A stretch of DNA of 64,000 nt from contig JAFWYO010000137.1 in NCBI GenBank assembly GCA_017517715.1, positions 6,018 to 70,017 on the forward strand. Direction: 5' to 3'. The translations under genes were made by a program, and so were the position numbers. The stretch's first letter is position 1. The number at the start of each line of letters is the position of its first letter. This stretch comes from Bacteroidales bacterium (GTDB lineage Bacteria; Bacteroidota; Bacteroidia; Bacteroidales; P3). The notes under the pieces were generated by a model. That model did no database searches, was not told the DNA's origin, and saw only the letters and a list, made by a program, of their open reading frames with translations. Positions 55,921 through 64,000 of this stretch are shown here, piece by piece.

Positions 55921-56260
55921 TTTTTCTAGATTTTGAATTAAACATTTAATTTGCAAAGAAACGAAAAAAAACTCATATAACACTAATTTTTCTTTGCCTT
56001 TAACTATGTTAAATATATTAACAAATTGTAATCCAATATTATATAATACTTAAATTTTTTCATCGAATTTTTGAGGAAAGTGATAAAAAACACTATTGAT
56101 AATCAACTTGATATAAATTTACTATAAATATAATAATTTGATATACAGTACTGTTTTTTTTATTTAGCAAAAAAGTGCAAAAAATCGAAATTTCTTCTTA
56201 TTTTTGCAAAAATTTTGACGAAATCAACCTTGTTTTTTAAACCCTGAAACGCACTCTGAT

Positions 56261-56860
56261 ATGTCAAAAACTATCCAGTTGGCAATCCTTGCTTCGGGCA
56301 ACGGCACCAATGCATAGCAGATAGCAGAATATTTTGCCGACAAACCAGCGGTCAATATTAATGTTATTATATATAATAAAAAGGATGCTTATGTAGCAAA
56401 GCGTGCCGAAAAGCTCGGAATAGAGAGCAAATACTTCAATCGCCATTCTTTTCTCGAAACCGACGACGTCCTGCATTTCCTGCAGGAGCGACACATTGAC
56501 TATGTTATCCTCGCAGGATTCCTTCTGCTTGTACCGCAGAATCTGCTCGATGCTTTTCCAAACCGCATCGTCAATATACACCCGGCGTTGCTACCCAAAT
56601 ATGGCGGTAAGGGAATGTATGGTCATAATGTCCACGAAGCTGTCGTTGCCAATAAAGAGGCCGAAACTGGCATAACAATACACATCGTCGACCAGCATTA
56701 CGATCGTGGAACTATCTTGTTCCAAGCACGTTGCAAGGTCGATCCGTCTGATACGGCCGATGATGTAGCGGCAAAGATACACCTTCTCGAAAAGGCTTAT
56801 TTCCCACGCGTGATTGATTCGCTAGTGATGAACAAACCTATGCCGAAACAAGAATCATAA
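56261..56860 (+). pseudogene. purN: Phosphoribosylglycinamide formyltransferase with an in-frame TAG at codon 19
   Basis: My translation from the ATG at 56261 is MSKTIQLAILASGNGTNA, then a stop, then QIAEYFADKP...NIHPALLPKYGGKGMYG in the same frame as track ORF 56588-56860. The TAG is at 56315-56317. Confidence 0.7.
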
Positions 56861-56862
56861 CT

Positions 56863-57996
56863 ATGCGCATTGCTGTCAATACTCGCCTTCTGCTACCCGG
56901 AAAACTTGACGGAATAGGCTGGTTCACAGCCGAGTCTGTAAAGCGTATTGTCGTTGCACATCCAGAGCACGAGTTCTTCTTCCTCTTCGATCGCAAGCCC
57001 TCTCCGCAATTCATTTTCGGTCCCAACGTTACACCAGTGGTGCTATGTCCGCAGGCCCGACACCCGATTTTGTGGCGAATCTTCTTTGAAATAAGTGTGA
57101 CTTGGGCCTTGCGCCGATACAAGATAGACCTCTTTCTTTCGCCCGACGGATGGATGTCGTTGCGCACCAAAGTGCCGACTCTGACGGTGATACACGACCT
57201 CAATTTCGAGCACTCTTCCGACTATCTCCGTCCATCGCACCAACGCTATATGACGCGTTTCTTTCCGCGTTTTGCCCACAAAGCAACGCGAATTGCTACG
57301 GTGTCTGAGTTTTCAAAACAAGATATTGTAGAAACGTATGGCGTTGATTCAAAAAAAATAGATGTTGTATATGACGGTGCCCATAGCTTCTATCGTCCCT
57401 GTAGTGACGACGAGAAGAGGTTGATACGCCAAAAATATACCGACGGAAAGCCTTTTTTCATTTATGTCGGCACAATATCCCGTCGCAAAAATTTGACGAA
57501 CATTCTATTAGCCTTCGATAAGTTTAAAGATGCCCATCGTGATTCACAACAGCAGCTGCTGGTTGTCGGCAGCCGCTACTGGTGGCAGGACGAGCTGGCG
57601 TCAGCATACGACAGTATGCGTAACCAAGGTGATGTGCGTTTTGTCGGCCACGCTGAGTCAGACGTACTTGCACAACTGATGGGAGCATCGGCAGCATTGG
57701 TCTACACCTCTCTGTTCGAGGGGTTTGGCATACCTATTATAGAAGCTTTTTGTGCTGAAACAGCTGTGATAACCTCCGATGTGACTTCGATGCCAGAGGT
57801 GGCGGGCGATGCAGCCTTGCTCGTCGATCCTCTGTCTGTCGATGCCATTGCAGATGCAATGAGCCGCATAGAAGGCGACGAGGCTCTTCGTACGTCTCTC
57901 ATCGAGAAGGGTAGAGCCCGCAAGGAGCTCTTCTCGTGGGATCGTACGGCGACGTTGCTGTGGGATAGTCTGATGAAAACAAAAGCGAACATATGA
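56863..57996 (+). CDS. Glycosyltransferase family 4 (GT-B fold)
   Basis: 377 aa. FEGFGIPIIEAF matches the GT4 EX7E region. Confidence 0.75.
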   Translation: MRIAVNTRLLLPGKLDGIGWFTAESVKRIVVAHPEHEFFFLFDRKPSPQFIFGPNVTPVVLCPQARHPILWRIFFEISVTWALRRYKIDLFLSPDGWMSLRTKVPTLTVIHDLNFEHSSDYLRPSHQRYMTRFFPRFAHKATRIATVSEFSKQDIVETYGVDSKKIDVVYDGAHSFYRPCSDDEKRLIRQKYTDGKPFFIYVGTISRRKNLTNILLAFDKFKDAHRDSQQQLLVVGSRYWWQDELASAYDSMRNQGDVRFVGHAESDVLAQLMGASAALVYTSLFEGFGIPIIEAFCAETAVITSDVTSMPEVAGDAALLVDPLSVDAIADAMSRIEGDEALRTSLIEKGRARKELFSWDRTATLLWDSLMKTKANI

Positions 57997-59174
57997 AAAG
58001 ACGATGGATTACCCTTGCGACGGCACTGCTGCTGATTGCTTCTGCTCAAGCCCAGACGCACCCAAAACTGATGCCCAATCTGGTTTATAATCCGTCGTTT
58101 GAGGAATACCGTGAATGTCCGCGTAAAATCGATGCTTTAGGTACACTTACCATCGTTGACGCCTGGTATCAGCCTACGGCGGGATCGGCAGACTACTACA
58201 ACGTTTGTGGGTCGCGAGACTGCGGCGTTCCAAAAAATAAACTTGGCATACAGGATGCCCATCTTGGCGATGGCTTTTGTGGCATATATTGCTCAAAAAC
58301 AGATTATCGAGAGTATCTGCAAACCGAACTCAAAGAACCTCTGCAAGCTGGTGAAATGTATCGTGTGTCGTTTTATGTCAGTCTTTCCGAATATTCTTCG
58401 GGAGCTGTTGCCACTATCGGAGCACTTTTCACCGACGAGCGTATAGTTGATACTGTGCGTAGCGTATTGATGAACAAGAGTGTACGTCAGTTGGCACCTG
58501 GTGTGTCGCAGACGGTGGCTTCCTATTATGAACCGCAAGTTGTGAACGAATATGACCGGGTGCTAACCGACACAAAGTTGTGGATGCAGATCAGTGGTGT
58601 CTTCACCGCACGTGGTGGTGAGCGCTTTATGACTATCGGTAATTTTTTCCCTGCTTCCCAATCCAATGTTGTAGATCTGGATTCGCTCACATATCTGTTG
58701 CCTGGAGCCTACTATTATATTGACGATGTGTCGCTTGTTTGCTTAGGTTGCACAGGTGCCGACAAGGAACAAGACTCGTTGGTTGATAGTGTTGCTGAAG
58801 AGACCACTGAGGCTGATACTTTCCAGGTTGGCGCAACATTTGTGCTGCGCAACATATTCTTCGATTATGACAAAGCCACTATTTTACAGCAGTCTTACAA
58901 CGAATTGCAGAACCTGCTGGCCATCCTGCAGAGTCACCCTACGATGAAGATTGAGATTGACGGTCATACTGACGGTCACGGCTCGATTGACTATAACCAG
59001 CGCCTGTCCGAAAATCGTGCAAAGGCGGTGGTGGATTTCCTTATTTCCAAAGGTATCGACCCGAAACGGTTACAGTATAAAGGATTCGGGAAGACGCGTC
59101 CAATTGACACTAATACTACAGACGAAGGCCGTGCGCGTAACCGTCGTGTGGAGTTTATGGTGCTTTCCTTATAA
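57993..59174 (+). CDS. OmpA-family protein (C-terminal OmpA/peptidoglycan-binding domain)
   Basis: Signal peptide, then C-terminal IDGHTDGHGSIDYNQRLSENRAKAV...NRRVEF. Confidence 0.8.
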   Translation: MKRRWITLATALLLIASAQAQTHPKLMPNLVYNPSFEEYRECPRKIDALGTLTIVDAWYQPTAGSADYYNVCGSRDCGVPKNKLGIQDAHLGDGFCGIYCSKTDYREYLQTELKEPLQAGEMYRVSFYVSLSEYSSGAVATIGALFTDERIVDTVRSVLMNKSVRQLAPGVSQTVASYYEPQVVNEYDRVLTDTKLWMQISGVFTARGGERFMTIGNFFPASQSNVVDLDSLTYLLPGAYYYIDDVSLVCLGCTGADKEQDSLVDSVAEETTEADTFQVGATFVLRNIFFDYDKATILQQSYNELQNLLAILQSHPTMKIEIDGHTDGHGSIDYNQRLSENRAKAVVDFLISKGIDPKRLQYKGFGKTRPIDTNTTDEGRARNRRVEFMVLSL

Positions 59175-59235
59175 TAGCTATAACTAGTAAAACTAGTAGC
59201 AATAGTGATACTTTTTACCTGTACTATTGCAATAA

Positions 59236-59265
59236 AAAAGTCCGCAATTTCTTGCGGACTTTTTT
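59236..59265. terminator. Bidirectional terminator between convergent OmpA-family genes
   Basis: An A-run, then the GTCCGCAA / TTGCGGAC stem, then a T-run. Confidence 0.7.
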
Positions 59266-59310
59266 ATGAGTGTTAGATTACTCTCTTTTTAAGAAGGTTT
59301 TAAACCTCTC

Positions 59311-60549
59311 TTATTTGTTTACGCGATAGAAGGAGACGCGACGGTTGATGGCGTTCTTGATGTCGCCAAAGCTCATCGACTTGCCCTTGCCGTTGGTGGT
59401 GAGGCGATCCTCAGCAACACCGCGTTTCACAAGGAGTTTCTTCACGTAGTCAGCGCGTTTCTCAGAAAGTTTCTGGTTGTAAGCGTCGCTGCCGCTGTAG
59501 TCGCAGTATCCAACAATTTCGAAGTTGACATCTTCATTGTCCTTCATAACCTTAGCGATGGCGTTGACCTTGCCCATCTGGTCCTCAGACACAGTGTACT
59601 GGTCTACATCGTAGAGGATCGAGAACGGGAGAGCGTAGAAGTTGTGCTTGTTGCTCTCGTAGCCTTCGATGACCTTGCGGAGGCTGTCGGCGGTACCGTC
59701 GTCGGCCTTGACGATCTTGTTGGTGTTGGTGTTGTTCTGGTTAGCTTCGAGCTCGTTGATGCGGTTTATGAGCTTAGCCTCGCGGGTCTTGGCGTCGCGG
59801 AGATCGTTACGCAGACCGTCGATTTCGTTGCTCATCTTGTCGAAGTTCTCCTGGGTCAGCAGAGCGCGCTGAGCGATGAGGTCGAGGTCGGTCTGGGTAG
59901 GTCCGAAGTTGTACATCCAGCCGAGTCTGACCATACCGGTGTTGTCGTGCCACTGGTGGATCGGGTTGGCGATGTCGGCAGCGATATCGTCAACGATTTC
60001 GACGAAGATCGAGGAGTGGTTGAATTTGTAGCTCCAACCAAGACCGCCCTGCAGGTACATACCGATGAAGCCGAGAGCGACGTCGTCGCGGCTGAAGGTA
60101 GCACCAGTACCAGCCAACAGGTAGAGGTTGCCTCTGCGGTCGGGATCATAGCCCTTGCAAAGACCCTGGAAGCTCATTTTGAAGTCGACACCGGCTTTGC
60201 CATAACGGTCATAACCCTGAAAACCGTCGCGGTTGTAAGCTCCAACGGGAAGAGGGTTAGCCCATTTGTGGTAGAGACCAGGGGTCTCGCCGATAAGACG
60301 CATACTCCAAACGGGGCTCAGTTCTTTCTCGAAGAAAAGGTTAGCACCGATGTTGCTACCATCGCGCCAGTCGAGAATACCACCGTGCTCGTATTGCCAG
60401 CTGTAAATCACGGAACCACCGATTGACCAGTTGCTCCAGAATCCGAAGTGGGGATACTCAAGCTCGTAGTTCTTCTCTTGGGCGTTAGCATTGCAAGCGA
60501 AAACCATAAGGCTTGCAAGCATTCCAATTTTAAATAGTTTTTTCAACAT
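59311..60549 (-). CDS. Major OmpA-like outer-membrane protein (beta-barrel, coiled-coil linker, OmpA domain)
   Basis: 412 aa with a signal peptide. The C-terminus reads GYCDYSGSDAYNQKLSEKRADYV...NRRVSF. Confidence 0.82.
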   Translation of the reverse strand: MLKKLFKIGMLASLMVFACNANAQEKNYELEYPHFGFWSNWSIGGSVIYSWQYEHGGILDWRDGSNIGANLFFEKELSPVWSMRLIGETPGLYHKWANPLPVGAYNRDGFQGYDRYGKAGVDFKMSFQGLCKGYDPDRRGNLYLLAGTGATFSRDDVALGFIGMYLQGGLGWSYKFNHSSIFVEIVDDIAADIANPIHQWHDNTGMVRLGWMYNFGPTQTDLDLIAQRALLTQENFDKMSNEIDGLRNDLRDAKTREAKLINRINELEANQNNTNTNKIVKADDGTADSLRKVIEGYESNKHNFYALPFSILYDVDQYTVSEDQMGKVNAIAKVMKDNEDVNFEIVGYCDYSGSDAYNQKLSEKRADYVKKLLVKRGVAEDRLTTNGKGKSMSFGDIKNAINRRVSFYRVNK

Positions 60550-60591
60550 AGTTTATTGTTTTTTTGAAATTATTACACATAAATAACTTTG

Positions 60592-60599
60592 CAAAAGTA
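60592..60599 (-). promoter_or_regulatory. -7 box (TACTTTTG on the minus strand) upstream of the OmpA-like gene
   Basis: CAAAAGTA on the plus strand, 43 nt upstream of the start at 60549. Confidence 0.5.
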
Positions 60600-61181
60600 C
60601 GAATTTTTTATTTAATGCTAAAGTTTTTTTCTTTGTTTTTTTATTTTTTTTAAGAAACGTGTTTTGCGAGATGCTTGACGTAGTATTGTGTTTGTAGTTT
60701 AGTTATTTGTTTTTCAGTTGTGTTAGATGATTGTTGTGCAAAACTTATCAACAGTTGTTTCTTTATATTTTTTCGTTTTTTTTCGTTCTAATATACGTTA
60801 ATGCAATGCCTTTTGTTTCATTTTTTGAAAAAAATATTAGAAAATTTTTGTTTTTTTGTTGAAAAAATGTGCCAAAAACAATTGGTATGAGTGTGAAGGG
60901 TGTGGGGAGTTCGTGTGTTTTTTAATCTTTTTTGGTCATAATCCGAAAAATATTCGTACATTTGCAATCTCGTTTGCTGGGCTTTGGGGAGTAATATAGT
61001 TGAGCGTTTGTGGCTTGTTTTTCCCTGTAGGCGAAGGATGTATTTGTCACATATCCGGTTGCTATAGAGAGGTTGTAGGGTAGCAGGCGAGGGGACAGGA
61101 TGCCGTGGAAAAGGCGGCAGTGTAGTTGGTGAAACAGAAATGATTTCATTATAATATATTATAACATAATAGATAAAAACA

Positions 61182-62507
61182 ATGAACGAACTACGAATTG
61201 ATACAGAACATTTACGTCAGTATGTTTCTGACGACGAGATCCGCCAGATATCGGCCGAAGTGCTTTCGGCCAAAAAGACTTTGATGAGCGGCAACGGCAA
61301 GGGCAACGATTTCCTTGGCTGGGTGAACCTGCCAGAGGAGCTAGACCCGCAGATTGTTAGCTCCATCAAGAACGATGTGGCGCGTCTGGCACCTAAAATC
61401 AAACTGTTTGTTGTCATCGGCATCGGTGGCTCTTATCTTGGCGCGCGTGCCGTTATCGAGGCCTTGCAATCCGAATTTGCTGCCGTGCTGCCGTCGCAGC
61501 ATCCCTTTGTCGTTTATGCCGGCCATACGCTGAGCGAGGACTACTACCGTCAGTTGCTCTCGTTGCTCGATGTAAACGACTATGCCGTTGCGGTCATTTC
61601 GAAATCGGGTACCACCACCGAGCCTGCTGTCGCGTTCCGCATAGTCAAAGCACATCTCGAGTCGAAATATGGCAAGAACGAGGCTGCTCGACGCATTATC
61701 GCCATTACTGATGCCCGTCGTGGCGCACTGCACGACATCGCTGTCCAGGAACGCTACCCGATGTATGTCATTCCCGACAACGTGGGCGGCCGCTTCTCGG
61801 TATTGACGCCCGTCGGCCTGCTGCCCATAGCGATGGCCGGCTATGATGTCGACGCCCTTCTGCAGGGTGCCCGCGATATGCGCCGCCTGTGCATCGAGAG
61901 CGACGATGTCTTTCAGAATCCCGCTCTGCTTTATGCCGCCATCCGCAACATCCTGTACCGCAAGGGCCGCAAGGTAGAGATGCTGGTCAACTTCTTGCCC
62001 AATCTTAAATATATAAGCGAATGGTGGAAGCAGCTGTATGGCGAGAGCGAAGGCAAGGAGGGCAAGGGCATCCTGCCCCACAGCCTCAGTTTCACTACCG
62101 ACCTCCATTCGATGGGTCAGTATGTCCAGCAGGGCGAGCGCCTGATGTTCGAGACCTTCATCAGCGTCGACAAGCCTGCTTCGAAAGTGGACATTCCTGC
62201 CGACGAGCAGAACCTTGACGGCATCAATTACCTGCTGGGCAAATCGTTGAACGAAATCAACCACAATGCCGAGCTGGGTACGATGATAGCCCATCGCGGC
62301 GGTGGGGTGCCTGTATTGAAAATATGCGTTCCCCAAGTGGATGAATATGTGCTGGGCCAGTTGATCTATTTCTTCGAGTTTGCTTGCGGAGTCAGCGGCT
62401 ACACGCTGGGTGTCAACCCGTTCGACCAGCCGGGTGTCGAGGCCTACAAGAAGAATATGTTCATCCTGCTGGGCAAACCCGGCTACGAGGGACAAGAACT
62501 TGTATGA
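61182..62507 (+). CDS. pgi: Glucose-6-phosphate isomerase
   Basis: 441 aa. GIGGSYLGARAV and SKSGTTTEP are PGI motifs. Confidence 0.9.
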   Translation: MNELRIDTEHLRQYVSDDEIRQISAEVLSAKKTLMSGNGKGNDFLGWVNLPEELDPQIVSSIKNDVARLAPKIKLFVVIGIGGSYLGARAVIEALQSEFAAVLPSQHPFVVYAGHTLSEDYYRQLLSLLDVNDYAVAVISKSGTTTEPAVAFRIVKAHLESKYGKNEAARRIIAITDARRGALHDIAVQERYPMYVIPDNVGGRFSVLTPVGLLPIAMAGYDVDALLQGARDMRRLCIESDDVFQNPALLYAAIRNILYRKGRKVEMLVNFLPNLKYISEWWKQLYGESEGKEGKGILPHSLSFTTDLHSMGQYVQQGERLMFETFISVDKPASKVDIPADEQNLDGINYLLGKSLNEINHNAELGTMIAHRGGGVPVLKICVPQVDEYVLGQLIYFFEFACGVSGYTLGVNPFDQPGVEAYKKNMFILLGKPGYEGQELV

Positions 62508-62542
62508 TATTACCCATCAATAGTTTGTGAATAAATGGGAAT

Positions 62543-62577
62543 GGGCTGCCTGTGGCAGCCCATTTTATTTTTTTTTC
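62543..62577. terminator. Terminator hairpin between the convergent pgi and ssb genes
   Basis: GGGCTGCC / GGCAGCCC stem followed by a long T-run. Confidence 0.7.
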
Positions 62578-62606
62578 TGTTGCAGGAAGGCGAGTTTGCC
62601 TTTGTT

Positions 62607-63059
62607 TTAGAACGGCAGATCGCCTAGGGGTTCGGTCTCGTCGGTCAGGATGTTGGCGAAGGGGTCGTTGGCGGGTGTCTGCTGTTCTTCGTTGCGTCCG
62701 CGGTTGCCGAGGAGGGTGAAGTTCTCGGCCACCACTTCCGTGGCATAGTGTTTCACGCCTTCGCGGTCTTCCCAGCTGCGGTTCTGCAGCTTGCCTTCCA
62801 CATAGATTTGCATACCTTTCTTGAGCAGTTTTTCGGCAATGTCGGCCAGACCTCGCCAGCACACCACGGTGTGCCAGTCGGTTTGTTCGACACGTTCGCC
62901 GTCACGGTTTTTGCGGTATTCCGTTGTCGCCAGCGGAAAGGTTGCCTTGCGGACCACCGGAGCCATCGGGTCGTCGCGGTGTCCGTCTTTTGGGAATGAT
63001 ATGATTTCGGGATTTTTCCCCAAGTTACCAATCAGTATTACTTTGTTTACTCCTACCAT
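62607..63059 (-). CDS. ssb: Single-stranded DNA-binding protein
   Basis: N-terminal OB fold (VNKVILIGNLGKNPE) and an acidic C-terminal tip (DLPF). Confidence 0.9.
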   Translation of the reverse strand: MVGVNKVILIGNLGKNPEIISFPKDGHRDDPMAPVVRKATFPLATTEYRKNRDGERVEQTDWHTVVCWRGLADIAEKLLKKGMQIYVEGKLQNRSWEDREGVKHYATEVVAENFTLLGNRGRNEEQQTPANDPFANILTDETEPLGDLPF

Positions 63060-63272
63060 AAAATTAAGTTATAAAATTACTGTCAAAATACTTTGCAAAG
63101 ATAGCAAAATTTCCTATCCTTGCAAGAACATTTTTCGGCCGCGCGTTCCAATGCTTTGTCTTTCAATGGTGAGAAGTGTTGTTTTTTCTTGGTTTCCGTT
63201 GCTTTTGGGCAATAAAAAAAGGATTCTCGTGATGAGAAATCCTCTTTTTTTGATGCGTAGTGCTGAGTCTCT

Positions 63273-63470
63273 TTATTTGTCCAGCTGCTCCTGACGGAGT
63301 TTCTGCACGTAGATGGCTTTCAGCCTGCGTTCGCGGTTGATGACAGAGGGTTTGGTGAATTTCTGACGCTCGCGGAGCTCTTTCACCACACCTGTTTTTT
63401 CGAATTTGCGTTTGAGTTTTTTCAGTGCGCGTTCGATGTTGTCACCTTCTTTGATAGGAACTACGATCAT
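63273..63470 (-). CDS. rpsU: 30S ribosomal protein S21
   Basis: 65 aa. MIVVPIKEGDNIERALKKLKRKFEKTGVVKELRERQKFTKPS is typical S21. Confidence 0.9.
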   Translation of the reverse strand: MIVVPIKEGDNIERALKKLKRKFEKTGVVKELRERQKFTKPSVINRERRLKAIYVQKLRQEQLDK

Positions 63471-63526
63471 TTTTAATACCTCTTTCTTGTTAGGGTTAAT
63501 AATTAATTATTTGTATGACAACCAGC

Positions 63527-63766
63527 TTAGAACTGGAAATGTCCTTCGGCGGCAGCGTCCTTGATGGCGTTGAGGACACCCTTCTTGTTGATGATGCGCA
63601 TACCCTTGGCCGAAACTTTCAGCGTGATCCACATATCCTCTTCGGGAATGTAGAACTTCTTGGTCTGCAGGTTGGGCATAAATTTTCTTTTGGTATGAAT
63701 ACGCGAGTGGGAAACGTTGTTTCCGCTGATGACGTGCTTTCCTGTAATTTCACAAATCTTTGACAT
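63527..63766 (-). CDS. rpmB: 50S ribosomal protein L28
   Basis: 79 aa. [34 protein letters not shown] is typical L28. Confidence 0.9.
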   Translation of the reverse strand: MSKICEITGKHVISGNNVSHSRIHTKRKFMPNLQTKKFYIPEEDMWITLKVSAKGMRIINKKGVLNAIKDAAAEGHFQF

Positions 63767-64000
63767 CTTATTCTAAATTTTAAATTGCTTTTATTATTGT
63801 TTGAATTTGCGTTCTTGGTACGAATCGGGAGCGTTGCCGCTTGCCTTTTCCGCCCCAAAACGGAGTGCAAAAGTCGCATCTTTTTCCAAACTGGCAAAAT
63901 GTTTTTTTGTCAGAAATCGGAATTTAAATATTTTTAACATTTTGTAATTTATAAATCTCTTGGAAACAACTGCTTACGAAAAATCAAAAAATCGATTTAA

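Noticed and set aside
56315-56317. TAG reassignment or programmed read-through as the explanation for the purN in-frame stop.
   Set aside because: TAG terminates at least three other well-defined genes in this window, at the expected protein ends (11765-11767, 18961-18963, 21837-21839). There is no evidence for recoding.
60922-61149. 75-aa ORF on the minus strand in the pgi upstream region.
   Set aside because: It has no recognisable features, sits antisense to the likely pgi leader, and has poor start context.

Overview
The gene content, the TAnnTTTG-type promoter boxes and the signal-peptide and lipoprotein styles point to a Bacteroidota (Bacteroidales-like) chromosome. A cysteate/sulfonolipid-type gene cluster suggests an Alistipes/Rikenellaceae-like organism, but this is not proven. 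Most of the window is GC-rich housekeeping sequence: aroB, lysC, smpB, dusB, cdd, ppiD-like, dxr, rseP, lptF/G, mazG, relA/spoT, recA, aspC-like, pyrF, amidase, lptD-like, rnc-fabF-acpP, purN, pgi, ssb, rpsU and rpmB. I found no rRNA, tRNA, CRISPR array, transposase or integrase. The most unusual region is 35.4-43.3 kb. It holds an AT-rich array of four same-strand single-ORF cassettes, each bounded by copies of a highly structured element of about 176 bp with 15-nt terminal inverted repeats. The layout is integron-like or immunity-array-like, but no recombinase is visible. A second repeat family (GGTGTGTCGCAC boxes, a 40-bp tandem array and a large inverted repeat) follows and brackets a DUF6266-like gene, a YbaN/thioesterase pair and a secreted Ser/Arg/Gly/His-rich protein. 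Other notable items are: (1) a three-gene cluster (alpha-oxoamine synthase, threonine-synthase-like PLP enzyme, SDR) consistent with capnine/sulfonolipid biosynthesis; (2) a five-gene heterodisulfide-reductase-like (HdrA/B/C plus membrane HdrD-like) cluster; (3) heptanucleotide tandem repeats sitting in-frame inside lysC and dusB, related to intergenic hairpin repeats; (4) three homopolymer frameshifts (lptD-like, one cassette gene, one membrane protein) and an in-frame TAG in purN. All product calls come from motif recognition in the supplied translations; no database search was run.
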